This document shows, in pieces, positions 9,185 to 18,793 of a stretch of 50,303 nucleotides of DNA. Made by a program: the position numbers and the translations under genes. The notes below the pieces were generated by a model that ran no database searches, was not told the origin of the DNA, and saw nothing but the letters and a program-made list of their open reading frames with translations. Source of the DNA: Thermoproteota archaeon (GTDB lineage: Archaea > Korarchaeota > Korarchaeia > Korarchaeales > Korarchaeaceae). Within the stretch, counting starts at the first letter, position 1. Every line of letters begins with the position of its first letter. The stretch covers positions 1 to 50,303 of the forward strand of contig JAOZGP010000028.1 of the NCBI GenBank assembly GCA_027491735.1. The letters are read 5' to 3'.

Positions 9185-9721
9185 TCACTCACCTAGTAAG
9201 GTCTTGGGAAGCTTAACTCCAGATTGTCCCTGGTAGGATCCTCTATAGGGGTTTTCGACGACATCCGAGGTCTTAGCAAATATTACGTGTAGAAATCTGA
9301 TCCCCTTATACAGCCTGACCCTGTAAGGCTTTGACCAGAAGACCTCTATCGTCAGCTGGCCGCTGAACCCAGCATCCACATAGGTCGCCGGTGCAACGAA
9401 CCCCATCCTAGCTATTGTGCTCCTCAACCCACACATAGCCATGAGATCAGGTGGAAGGGATATTTTCTCTTCAGTATGCAACAATAGAGAGCTCATCGGC
9501 TCTATTTCCGTGCCATCAGGAGGGATATTCATCACCCTGAAGAAGTCCTCGGCTTCACTCCTCTTCATATCATAAGTCCCGAGAGCCTTTCTCGTGATCC
9601 CTATCTGATTGCCTATCCTGAGGTCAACCCCGTTCTGTTGGATTGTATCGCTGTACAAAGGCTCTATCTTAAGCCATCCCTTGCCTATATACCCTCTAAG
9701 ATCTTTGTCGCAGAGGATCAT
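9185..9721 (-). CDS. dcd: dCTP deaminase (dUTPase superfamily)
   Basis: MILCDKDL, GVDLRIG, LRSTIARMG, VDAGFSGQLTIE, PYRGSYQGQ. Directly upstream of thyX. Confidence 0.9.
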   Translation of the reverse strand: MILCDKDLRGYIGKGWLKIEPLYSDTIQQNGVDLRIGNQIGITRKALGTYDMKRSEAEDFFRVMNIPPDGTEIEPMSSLLLHTEEKISLPPDLMAMCGLRSTIARMGFVAPATYVDAGFSGQLTIEVFWSKPYRVRLYKGIRFLHVIFAKTSDVVENPYRGSYQGQSGVKLPKTLLGE

Positions 9722-9830
9722 CCCATATCCTCAAAAGAGGTGTTTCTCTTCTTTTAAAAGTGTGTTCCTCGAGAGAATGAGAGATCTCAGATGATTTCTT
9801 CCTAGAGAAAGAGTTTCAAAGAGAGGGGAG

Positions 9831-10928
9831 CTAATGTGAAGTTTCTCCCCTTATGAACTTCTCAACAAGCTCTCTGGCTATGTAGTCCGGATATTGTTTA
9901 GGTGGGTGCTTGAACCAGTAGGCGCTTACCTCCACCAAAGGACCTGCTACATCTCGATCCTTAGCCAGCTTGACGGCCCTTATCGCATCTATGGCAACAC
10001 CAGCTGCGTTGGGTGAATCCATCACGTTTAGTTTGACATCTATGTATGCTTTGAAACCTCCAAATTGTTCAAACTCCAGCCACATGTGCATTACCTTTCT
10101 GTCCCTCAGGAAGGGCACGTAGTCGCTGGGGCCTATGCGCGCCTCAACCTTATGAGGTATCAAGCAGGTAACCGCCTCAGTCTTGCTGACCCTCTTGGTC
10201 TTGAGACGATCCTCCTCCAGCATGTTCAGAAAGTCGGCGTTTCCTCCAATATTCAACTGATAAGTATTTACCACTTTGAGGCCTCTCTCCACCACGAGAT
10301 TCGCTATTGTCCTGTGGAGTATCGTCGCTCCTAGCTGGCTCTTGAAGTCGTCCCCAGCGGCGGGAACTCCTGCCTCCTTGAACTTCCTTCCCCATTCCTC
10401 ATCACTCACTATGAACTCGGGCATCCCGTTTATGAAGCCTACACCTGCATCGATGCAGGCCTGAGCATAGGCACGAGCGGCGTGATAAGATCCCACGGGA
10501 ACGAGGTTGACGAGCACGTCGGTACCCGTCTCCTTGAGAACATCCGTCACATCCACAGGTTTCTGAGATTCATCGACAAGAAAACCTTCTCCATATTTCA
10601 TATCCCTCATGTGTGGAGCTACTCCATCGAGGACTGGGCCCTTGAGAACTGTGACCCCTAGCCTAGGAACGTCAGCGAATTTCTCCAATACGTTAGGCGG
10701 TGAGAATATCGCCTCACTGAGATCCTTCCCTACCTTCCTCCTGTCTACATCGAATGCCGCTACGAACTCTATGTCGGATATGTGATACGGACCAAACCTC
10801 ACGTGCATGAGTCCTGGAATGGAGTCATCTTCAGACGCATCCTTATACCTAAAAATTCCTTGAACTATGGCCGAAGCAACGTTACCGACCCCAACAAGAG
10901 CCACCCTTATTTTTCCCAACTTGATCAC
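9831..10928 (-). CDS. ino1: myo-Inositol-1-phosphate synthase
   Basis: VGVGNVAS, GDDFKSQLGAT, YQLNIGGNADF, SKT, GPSDYVP.L.DRK, DSPNAAG, FKHPP. Confidence 0.93.
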   Translation of the reverse strand: MIKLGKIRVALVGVGNVASAIVQGIFRYKDASEDDSIPGLMHVRFGPYHISDIEFVAAFDVDRRKVGKDLSEAIFSPPNVLEKFADVPRLGVTVLKGPVLDGVAPHMRDMKYGEGFLVDESQKPVDVTDVLKETGTDVLVNLVPVGSYHAARAYAQACIDAGVGFINGMPEFIVSDEEWGRKFKEAGVPAAGDDFKSQLGATILHRTIANLVVERGLKVVNTYQLNIGGNADFLNMLEEDRLKTKRVSKTEAVTCLIPHKVEARIGPSDYVPFLRDRKVMHMWLEFEQFGGFKAYIDVKLNVMDSPNAAGVAIDAIRAVKLAKDRDVAGPLVEVSAYWFKHPPKQYPDYIARELVEKFIRGETSH

Positions 10929-11090
10929 CCCCCAAATTTTACAGTCATAAAACTAAAAGACCGCGCCGATAGCTGAAATAAATGGAAATCGATTGCGTGC
11001 GAAAGATCTCTTCAAGTCGATGAGATGAGGTGAGAGAACCATAAATACAATGAAGAAAGTTATGCTGAGAGGTTATGGATGGGATGGATC

Positions 11091-11327
11091 TTAGTTTACG
11101 ACCTCCTCATCTACGGTCGACTTTATCTTATTTAAGTTTATCTCCAGATAACCCCTGCCCGAGACCCCCTTTCCCTCACCTGTTATGAGCAGCCAAGAAC
11201 GATTATGTGGATAGATGATCACCTTTGTGTCTCCTTTTATCGCCTCTAAATGTCCATCCATGTTTTTTATAGTGAACCCGTGCAGGAGAAGGTGCTCCTT
11301 TATACTCCTAAGTTCCACCTCCGCCAT
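11091..11327 (-). CDS. Small hypothetical protein
   Basis: Clean ORF with GGTGA upstream of ATG 11327. No recognisable motif. Confidence 0.55.
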   Translation of the reverse strand: MAEVELRSIKEHLLLHGFTIKNMDGHLEAIKGDTKVIIYPHNRSWLLITGEGKGVSGRGYLEINLNKIKSTVDEEVVN

Positions 11328-11383
11328 GGTAATCACCGAGCTTAGCTTGAGAATGATCGATAAAAAAATTGAGGTTGATGGAA

Positions 11384-11827
11384 CTACAGGACAAAGAACT
11401 CATTGTACAGGACGTCCAATCCCTGGATCAGATCTATTATCTCAACGGACATCCTAGCCCCATGGGGTAAAGCCCCCAGAGGAAATGCCTCACATATTTT
11501 CTTCCCGGGAAGGAGAACAATCGTTTTCTCATATGTTGCTCCGCTCACTTTGACCACTACCCTGAGCACTCTCGGATATGTTCCATTGTTGTTTATTGTT
11601 AGGGTGAGGTTGGTCTTCTCACCAGCGAGAGGAAGGAAGACACTATCTCCGCTCAGTTTGCTCTTCTGCGTGATGAACGCTAGGCTAACCTGGGGAGAGT
11701 TTTTGGCGTACTTGTGCTCGATCAGAGGTATCGCTAGTACAGCGATGTTCATTGGTGGAGCAGCCTGTGCCGATATCAGCGGTGTTGCCAGCAGCAGGAG
11801 TATCAGAATCGATAACCTCCTCATCAC
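11384..11827 (-). CDS. Hypothetical secreted protein with a beta-sandwich-like domain
   Basis: Signal-peptide-like MRRLSILILLLLATPLISAQA, followed by beta-rich sequence containing N-x-T sequons. Confidence 0.65.
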   Translation of the reverse strand: MMRRLSILILLLLATPLISAQAAPPMNIAVLAIPLIEHKYAKNSPQVSLAFITQKSKLSGDSVFLPLAGEKTNLTLTINNNGTYPRVLRVVVKVSGATYEKTIVLLPGKKICEAFPLGALPHGARMSVEIIDLIQGLDVLYNEFFVL

Positions 11828-11869
11828 TGAAAGGATGGCTCAGAGGGTATTAATTGATATCTAGACTAT

Positions 11870-12345
11870 CGACGTATGCGTGAACTACGGGATCGTCTTG
11901 GAGGACCTGAACGGGATAAATAAAGGAGAGGACTGCTAGGAGAGGAAGGGCTAGGAGGGAGATCAGGCGGAGGCTGAGTAAGTGGGACGCTCGCATGTTT
12001 CAGTTCATGCTGGCCTACAAAGCCAGGTGACTGGGCCTCCGCCGTGCAGTCCGTGAGCCCCACCTACTCCTCCAGAACCTACCCCGTGTGCTCAGGCCGA
12101 TTGCGGGCCTATCGGGGCAGGCTCCTGCACTGTGAGGGCTGCGGGTTGATCGTCAGGGACGAGGCCGCGGTCCTCAACTTTCGTGTGCGGAGCGCCTTGG
12201 GGTCCCCCCGAGAAGGGCGAATCTATGGAGATGATGCCCAGGGGAGATGTTCATCTGCGAGTGACGATGTCTCCCAAACCCCGCGAGCTATGTGCTCATG
12301 GCAGAGGTCGTCATGACCAGCCTTCGCAAGGCCTCACGGTGGAGG
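11870..12345 (+). mobile_element. Degenerate IS200/IS605-family element: 3' part of tnpB plus putative right end
   Basis: tnpB relic followed by GC-rich non-coding sequence with the hairpin GGGAGATGT(12242-12250)/ATGTCTCCC(12267-12275). Boundaries are approximate. Confidence 0.7.
11875..12200 (+). pseudogene. tnpB: TnpB (IS200/IS605 family) C-terminal relic
   Basis: Three successive frames: NYGIVLEDLNG..* (RuvC-II, TAG 11937), RRRLSKWDARMFQFMLAYKAR* (TGA 12028), and VSPTYSSRTYPVCSG..LLHCEGCGLIVRDEAAVLNF (degenerate zinc ribbon plus RuvC-III). Confidence 0.85.
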
Positions 12346-12389
12346 GTTTGGAGAAGATCGCGAAAGTTACAGTCGACCGGAATAGTGGC

Positions 12390-13739
12390 TCAGAGTTCCG
12401 ATTCTACTTCCCTTACCTTCTCCTCTAGAATTGAGAGGGCTCTGTTCAAGTACTCTTCAGGTATGTTGAGAGGTGGTGCTATTCGTATTACGCTCTTTCC
12501 CGCAGTTATCACGGCCACTCCTGATCTCCATGTACGGATCATGACCTCGCGGGCCTCCTTCTCCGCTGGTTTCTTTGTAGCTTTGTCCTTGACGAGCTCC
12601 ACCCCTATCATGAATCCCTTTCCCCTCACATCCCCTACTATTCTGGATCTCTCCTGAAGCTCTTTTAACCTCTTAATGACCTCATTTCCAAGTCTAGATG
12701 CCCTATCAAGAAGTTTTTCCTCCTCTATCACACTTATAGATGCTAGACCTGCAGCACATGACACGGGATTTCCTCCAAAGGTGGAGGCGTGAGATCCTCC
12801 TTCCCAGTCCATGACCTCGTCCTTCGCTATTGCTGCACCTATCGGGAATCCGGATCCCAGAGCCTTGGCTGATGTCACGATATCGGGCTCGACCCCCCAA
12901 TGCTCTATGGCCCACCATTTTCCAGTTCTGCCCATGCCAGCCTGGACTTCGTCGTCCACGAGAAGAATTCCGTACCTATCTGCTAGCTTGCGAAGTTCGA
13001 GGAAGAAGTTATCGGGAGGGACTATGTATCCTCCTTCCCCCTGAATAGGCTCGAAGAATATAGCAGCTACCTCTTCAGGAGGTGTGTATTTGCTGAGAAC
13101 CCATTCCTCTATAAACTCTATTGTTCTCTGAGCACACTCCTCTGGATCCTTTGTCCCGAAGGGACACCTATAAGCGTATGGATAAGGAACATGTATGATG
13201 CTGGGGAGGAGAGGACTGAAGTATCTCCTCTGAACTGGCTTACTGGCTGTGAGACTTACGGCACCATATGTTCTTCCGTGAAAGGCTCCTATGAAGGCTA
13301 TTATGTACTGTCTTCTCGTGTGCCATCTTGAGAGCTTGAGGGCTGCTTCAACGGCCTCAGCCCCGCTGTTGCCAAAATAGACCCTCCTCTTAGAAGATCC
13401 AGGAGCTATCTCTACAAGTTTTTCTGCAAGCTTTACTGACGGTTCGTAGAAGAAGTCTGTATTTGAGTAGTGAACGAGTTTTTCCATCTGTCTTTTAGCG
13501 GCTTCCATGACTTTGGGGTGTTTATGCCCTACATTCATCACAGCCAGACCGGAGTTCAGATCTATGTATATGTTGCCATCAACGTCATGTACAAGCGAAC
13601 CTTCGGCGCGATCAACTACCAGTGGATAGAATCTCACGTAGGAGGGAGATATCACTTCTTTATCTCTCTCGAGTATTTCCTTGGCCTTAGGACCTGGAGG
13701 AGTAACTATAATCTTAGGAATCTCCGTTCTATCACCCAA
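12390..13739 (-). CDS. Class III PLP aminotransferase (ornithine/4-aminobutyrate aminotransferase family)
   Basis: GNSGAEA, AFHGRT, EPIQGEGG, DDEVQAGMGRTG, SAKALGSG (PLP Lys), STFGGNP. Confidence 0.92.
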   Translation of the reverse strand: MGDRTEIPKIIVTPPGPKAKEILERDKEVISPSYVRFYPLVVDRAEGSLVHDVDGNIYIDLNSGLAVMNVGHKHPKVMEAAKRQMEKLVHYSNTDFFYEPSVKLAEKLVEIAPGSSKRRVYFGNSGAEAVEAALKLSRWHTRRQYIIAFIGAFHGRTYGAVSLTASKPVQRRYFSPLLPSIIHVPYPYAYRCPFGTKDPEECAQRTIEFIEEWVLSKYTPPEEVAAIFFEPIQGEGGYIVPPDNFFLELRKLADRYGILLVDDEVQAGMGRTGKWWAIEHWGVEPDIVTSAKALGSGFPIGAAIAKDEVMDWEGGSHASTFGGNPVSCAAGLASISVIEEEKLLDRASRLGNEVIKRLKELQERSRIVGDVRGKGFMIGVELVKDKATKKPAEKEAREVMIRTWRSGVAVITAGKSVIRIAPPLNIPEEYLNRALSILEEKVREVESEL

Positions 13740-13855
13740 ACATCAGCAATTAATAGGATAAAAATTTTCCGCGATATCGAGCACCTCAGATGTCTGTCGC
13801 TAAGGGTGTCTCAAATGTACTTTCCTTTAAAAGGTGAGGAAGGCACTCTCTTGAG

Positions 13856-14674
13856 ATGGCCAAAACGGAAGAGGTCGCAGTGATCATTGTGCTGATCGCT
13901 CTGATATCGACAAATGCCTTTATTGTGAGCGCTCAGAATACCACTCTCGTGGTTCCGAGGAGTGTGGTTCTGAAGCCACCTTACGTAACAAGACTTGACA
14001 TCTTGGTGAACAACACTCGTGGAAACAGGACGTTATACATAAAAAGCGTGGAAATAAGCATCTATGCGTCTTCAGGAGAAGGCATGCCCATGATTCCACT
14101 AGCCAGATACAGCTACATCCCCTCGAGCGCTATTCCAGTACCTCCAGGAAAATCTATCAGGTTGAGGAGGGTCATCGGCTTGCCCGACATCGTTGTTCTG
14201 TACAAGAAGCTGCTTCTCTGTGTGACGCTGTCTGGTGAGGGGATAGAGGTCACCAAGAGCCAGGAGGTTCGCCTTCAGAGAGAGAACCTGTTTTATCTAG
14301 TTACGTTTGGGATGGGAGCACTTCTAGTCACGACTTTGATGCTAGCTTTGTACGTGTACAAAAAGAGGGCTCATCTCCGTAGAAAGAAGTTCAGCAATAT
14401 AACTGCTATAAGAGAGATCAGGAGTAGAAGAGAGAGGTACGTTAAGAGGGCTGAGAGCTTGCTGAAGGAAGGGATCTCCACACTGAACAGAGACGTCGGC
14501 AAAACCCTGACCGTGACCGTGATAGCCCCTCTGGAGAGTCTACTCGAGGATCTGAGAAGCGAGAGGGAAGCCCTACTCGAGACTTTGGAGGCTCTAAACG
14601 AGGAGATTGAGAAGACCACACGGATTATAAGGAGATACAGGTCTAAGATCGGAGAGACCTCCCATGAGGAGTAA
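13856..14674 (+). CDS. Hypothetical membrane-anchored protein (signal peptide, extracellular domain, TM helix, cytoplasmic coiled coil)
   Basis: N-terminal hydrophobic signal, N-x-T sequons, TM helix LFYLVTFGMGALLVTTLMLALYVY, charged helical C-terminus. Confidence 0.75.
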   Translation: MAKTEEVAVIIVLIALISTNAFIVSAQNTTLVVPRSVVLKPPYVTRLDILVNNTRGNRTLYIKSVEISIYASSGEGMPMIPLARYSYIPSSAIPVPPGKSIRLRRVIGLPDIVVLYKKLLLCVTLSGEGIEVTKSQEVRLQRENLFYLVTFGMGALLVTTLMLALYVYKKRAHLRRKKFSNITAIREIRSRRERYVKRAESLLKEGISTLNRDVGKTLTVTVIAPLESLLEDLRSEREALLETLEALNEEIEKTTRIIRRYRSKIGETSHEE

Positions 14675-15824
14675 GGTCAAGGTCATATCCTCCATTTTGG
14701 CATTTTTGTGTGGATTAATACTGTTTTACATCGAGAAAAAGACAGGCGGCGGTTTCTGCTCCATAATAGCCGCTTCAGCAGTCTCCCTATCCGTGGAGAT
14801 GGCTGCTCCTGGAGAGTTCTCCCTCAAGAGATTCTTCCTAGGTTTGGTCGCTGGAGGAGCTTTAGGGTTCTTCGTTCCAATATGGGGAGCCGTGGCTTCA
14901 TTTTCAGTTCCCCTAGGAGCAAGATTTCTCGATCATAAGATGAAAAAGCGCTATGAACAAAACAAGCTCAATTTAACGAGTGACAGGTTGAAAGACACCG
15001 GGAAGACAGGCTTATTTCTTGAGGTTCCAGGGATCGTGGTTCTGACCGCTTCCCTGAGAAGCATGAGGGAATGGGTCGTCAGGATGTCAAGCCTCATGGC
15101 GAAAGGCGGGAGAAAGGTGGTGGTCGTCGGCTGGGATGCAGATACCACCAGAAGCATCGCCGAGATCCTTCCCAGAGCCAAGATATCGAGCTGGTCCGAG
15201 ATTTCAACGACCATTGATGATAAACGCCTTAGATCCACAAGAGATGTCGCGTTCCGTCTGTTGTTCGATGTAAGCAGGAATTTTGTCCCATCAAATAAGA
15301 GTAAGCTGCTCCCTCAGAGTTTGGGAGAGGCCCTAAAGGCATTGAGAAATGAGGGGCTCCTGCTTGATGACCTAATTCCGGGGGTAGGGCACCTGATCAT
15401 AGATTGCTCGGATCTGGATCCCAAGCTCAGGGAGATGCTGTCGTTCATTGTTCTGTTGATAGCTGTAGGAATGGAAGCCCGAGACTTCGTGCTTGTTGTT
15501 CCCCTTCTGACCACAATATCAGAGGAGAACCTCAGGAAAATAAGCGACGCTGATGCCGAGCTCATATCTTGGGCGATCTCAGAGGCGGTGAGAGATGGTT
15601 GTGTTGTGGTCACTGGCCCGGATCCGAGCTTGAGGGTTCTCAGGGAGTTTAGATATGCTTTATTGACCAGAGGGCTTGTCATCCGGGGGAGAAGCTATAT
15701 CAGGAGCATCTTAGGAGCCTTGCAGTGTAATCCAGTGCTGGAGGACGTTCTTCTGGACACCAGAACAGGAGATCTTGTTTTCTTCAGGAGAAACACCCAA
15801 GATAGGAGTTTCATCAGGGGATAA
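14664..15824 (+). CDS. Membrane protein with a probable degenerate HerA/VirB4-like ATPase fold
   Basis: N-terminal TM helices, then a pattern reminiscent of HerA (GRKVVVVGWD, LIIDCSDL, SEAVRDGCVVVTGPDPS) without recognisable Walker A/B. Overlaps the upstream gene. Confidence 0.6.
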   Translation: MRSKVKVISSILAFLCGLILFYIEKKTGGGFCSIIAASAVSLSVEMAAPGEFSLKRFFLGLVAGGALGFFVPIWGAVASFSVPLGARFLDHKMKKRYEQNKLNLTSDRLKDTGKTGLFLEVPGIVVLTASLRSMREWVVRMSSLMAKGGRKVVVVGWDADTTRSIAEILPRAKISSWSEISTTIDDKRLRSTRDVAFRLLFDVSRNFVPSNKSKLLPQSLGEALKALRNEGLLLDDLIPGVGHLIIDCSDLDPKLREMLSFIVLLIAVGMEARDFVLVVPLLTTISEENLRKISDADAELISWAISEAVRDGCVVVTGPDPSLRVLREFRYALLTRGLVIRGRSYIRSILGALQCNPVLEDVLLDTRTGDLVFFRRNTQDRSFIRG

Positions 15825-16930
15825 GTCCTAAGCGTTTTTTTCATCGCTAAAGCATCTCTCATGATCTGAGAAGGAATCAGTCGAGCGAGAATTTTCAGGA
15901 ACTTCTCGTTGTACATGACAAGATCTGCTGCTCTCCTGTAGACAAGACCCAGGCTTACTATAAATAGATCCCTCCTCAGGCGTGTCTCATATAGGTTAAG
16001 ATCCCCAGCCGATATATGCTCAGCCGCTATGTGAGAGGACATGACAGCGGAAAATATGCCTCCACCGTTTATTGGGATGCAGGTTCCAGCTGCATCCCCG
16101 ACCAGGAGTACCTCTCCATTAACGACCCTCGAAGGAAATCCTCCAACAGATATATGCCTCCCCAGAACATTGGATGTAGATTTCGCGCCAATTTCCCCAA
16201 TAAACGATAGAAGTATCTCCCGCCCGCTCCTCCACAGTGGAGAGCTCCTCCTTATACCAAGTCCAAGGTTAGCGATGCCCTCTTCGAAGGGGATCACCCA
16301 TAGATAGCCTCCAGGAGCTCTGCTGGGGGATATCTTCATGATCACGGATGATGCCTCATATCTCCCAGAAGCGAGTGCTCTAAAGCCAAAAGCCAGATCC
16401 TCCGGTTTCATCTCGGATGAGAGTCCCGCTTCTCTAGCGACCCTTGAAAAAGCTCCGTCTGCTCCCACTAGGTACTTGGATCTCACATATATCGTTCCCT
16501 CCTTGGTGATCACCCTGGATTTGAGCTTGTCCCCCGACCTGATGAAGCCTGTAAAGGCCGAGGAAAACATGGGAGGTTTCATGCCCAGTTCTATAGCCTT
16601 ATCCAGATAGCTGTTGATGAACTTCTTCCTGTCCAACACGAGCATCCGGTAATCAATCTCATAAACTCTGCCGCCTAAGTGAAATTCCAGAAGGTCAGTC
16701 CTGTTCCTCACGATCTCTTCATCTACGTGGCGATATACCGATGACAATAACATCTCATCCGATACGGCTTCAGCCAACGAGCTCCTTTCAGGTATTATCT
16801 CTCCACAAGCAACTTCTGCTTTTGAAGGACGCATCTCCACCGCCACAACATCCAATCCCTTCTCGGAGAGAAAGCAAGAGAGAGAGGCGCCGGCTGGGCC
16901 TAACCCAACTATCAGCACATCAGCCTCCAA
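15695..16930 (-). CDS. Geranylgeranyl reductase family FAD oxidoreductase (likely DGGGPL reductase)
   Basis: VGLGPAG, ACGE, VGADGA.S.VAR, PGGYLWVIP, LVGDAAG..PINGGGI. Confidence 0.88.
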   Translation of the reverse strand: MEADVLIVGLGPAGASLSCFLSEKGLDVVAVEMRPSKAEVACGEIIPERSSLAEAVSDEMLLSSVYRHVDEEIVRNRTDLLEFHLGGRVYEIDYRMLVLDRKKFINSYLDKAIELGMKPPMFSSAFTGFIRSGDKLKSRVITKEGTIYVRSKYLVGADGAFSRVAREAGLSSEMKPEDLAFGFRALASGRYEASSVIMKISPSRAPGGYLWVIPFEEGIANLGLGIRRSSPLWRSGREILLSFIGEIGAKSTSNVLGRHISVGGFPSRVVNGEVLLVGDAAGTCIPINGGGIFSAVMSSHIAAEHISAGDLNLYETRLRRDLFIVSLGLVYRRAADLVMYNEKFLKILARLIPSQIMRDALAMKKTLRTYPLMKLLSWVFLLKKTRSPVLVSRRTSSSTGLHCKAPKMLLI

Positions 16931-16936
16931 AAAAGT

Positions 16937-18658
16937 TCACCGAGGTTCAATCTTCTTCATAAAGGGCCCGTATGTGAGCTTGTAAAGCTCCGTGCTGGAC
17001 AGCTTCTCCACATCCCTGTGGTATTTAGACTTCTCGCCCACAGATCCTTCTCCATGAAGTCTGGAATACTCCTCCAGCGATATACTATGCTCTCTTTGGT
17101 ACTTGTCCCTGTAGAGATCAGGAAGGACATTAAACGCACAGAAGGGTATTAACTTCCCGTTGGGAAGCGCATAGTGTATGCAACACCTCATGACCCTTTG
17201 CACATCGTAGTTGTAGAGATCCATGAAGTGCATCATCCCCAGGAAGAGGGACTTGTAGTGAAACTCGCCTAGAGCATCATAGTTTCTATAGAGAAATATT
17301 TTCCTCAGAAGAGACATGAGATCTACCCCCTCCGGTTGCTTCTCCTTTCTTATGAACTTTCTTATATTGTAGAGAACCTTCAGCCCGACTATGTATCGAT
17401 TTGAGCCTCTCCTGAGGTCCTCTGCTTTCTCAGTGAGGTATTCGTGAAGCCCTTCTACATCCAGGAACTCGGTTATCGGAACAATCCTCCTCACCCTCTT
17501 CATGCCTTCTGTGTACTCGAACTCCAGAAAGACATATGTCGCCATCCCACATGCCGGATGGTTGGTGAACTTGTACTGTGGCTTGCCTGACAGGGCCTCT
17601 ACGAACTCGCTTATGGCGACGGAGAAGGGAATGGGATACCACGCTTCCTTTGGTATTTGTCCTTCGGTCTGCTCCTCTATCCTGCTTATAACCTCAGGGA
17701 TCGTTATCCTGTACTTTCCCCTCTCACTCCTAGGCATCTGACCGGTCAGAGAGACGGGCTGAAAGTTGACTCCTCTTATCACGTCTATGTTCAGAGCAGC
17801 GAACTTTATCACGTCCCCAACCTCATGGTCGTTAATCCCCCTTATCACAGTCGGAACCAACACTATGCTGGTCATCCTTGCCTTCCGCGCGATATCGAGT
17901 ATGTATGGAATCTCCCAGTGATTCTTGGGGTTTGTCCTTGGAGTTATCCCATCGAAGGAGAGGTATAGGGTATTGACCCCGGCATCCCTGAGCTCCGCGA
18001 GGAGTTCAGGCTTCCTCACAAAGGTTATTCCGTGCGTGTTAAGCTGAACGTGATCTATTCCCATGCTCTTTATCGTCCTCACTATCTCAACCAAATCGTC
18101 CCTCAGAGTCGGCTCTCCGCCGGTGAGCTGAACAGCATTGCAGGGAACAGGCTTCTCATTTCTAAGAACCTCCACCATCTTTCTTATCTCCTCGATTGTC
18201 GGTTCGTATACGCAGCCAGCCTTCTCTGCGTAGAAGAAGCAGTACCAACAGCTCAGATTACATCTGTTTGTGAGGACTATGTTGGCCAAGGCAGTCATAT
18301 TGAGGTGAATTGGACATAGACCGCAGTTAAATGGGCATACGCCTACCTCGCTCACCTGCGGATTCTCGAGCCTCCTTCCCCTGACCTCATACCTCATAGC
18401 CCTCTTGAACTGCCTCGCATCACCCCAGTATAGCTCCTCCACCTCGCCGTGCTCAGGGCAGATCTTCCTTATGAAGACCTTGCCGTCCCTTTCGAACACT
18501 ACTGCTGGAAGATATCGATAGCACTCCGGACAGAGAGATGCCGTTCTTCTGAGAAGGACTTCACCTTTTCTTAGCTCAGGAATAGGCCCTCCTATGATTA
18601 TCTCCCTGCTTCCAAGGCTTATCTTACGGATAAACTCCTGGGCTATCGTCATAGGCAC
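16937..18658 (-). CDS. tes: Tetraether lipid synthase (GDGT-MAS, MJ0619-like radical SAM enzyme)
   Basis: SLCPEC..CPEHG metal site, CPFNCGLCPIH, radical SAM CNLSCWYC, QLTGGEPT, NFQPVS, HPACG, MHFMD.YNYD..RV.RCCIHY..PFC. Confidence 0.88.
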   Translation of the reverse strand: MPMTIAQEFIRKISLGSREIIIGGPIPELRKGEVLLRRTASLCPECYRYLPAVVFERDGKVFIRKICPEHGEVEELYWGDARQFKRAMRYEVRGRRLENPQVSEVGVCPFNCGLCPIHLNMTALANIVLTNRCNLSCWYCFFYAEKAGCVYEPTIEEIRKMVEVLRNEKPVPCNAVQLTGGEPTLRDDLVEIVRTIKSMGIDHVQLNTHGITFVRKPELLAELRDAGVNTLYLSFDGITPRTNPKNHWEIPYILDIARKARMTSIVLVPTVIRGINDHEVGDVIKFAALNIDVIRGVNFQPVSLTGQMPRSERGKYRITIPEVISRIEEQTEGQIPKEAWYPIPFSVAISEFVEALSGKPQYKFTNHPACGMATYVFLEFEYTEGMKRVRRIVPITEFLDVEGLHEYLTEKAEDLRRGSNRYIVGLKVLYNIRKFIRKEKQPEGVDLMSLLRKIFLYRNYDALGEFHYKSLFLGMMHFMDLYNYDVQRVMRCCIHYALPNGKLIPFCAFNVLPDLYRDKYQREHSISLEEYSRLHGEGSVGEKSKYHRDVEKLSSTELYKLTYGPFMKKIEPR

Positions 18659-18793
18659 CTACCTTCGCTGGCATAGCGATTTCTTTAGAGAAAATATATA
18701 TCTTCTCTACCTCTAACGAGTTAATTGTTGATAGAGCTGATAGAGAAGGGAATTATTTAAGGGTCACCAGCTGTCTGTTAGGCCGGGGATATC

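Noticed and set aside
11866-12657. ORFs 11866..12063, 12044..12316, 12183..12428 and 12292..12657
   Set aside because: They are fragments of the tnpB relic or antisense shadows of the aminotransferase gene.
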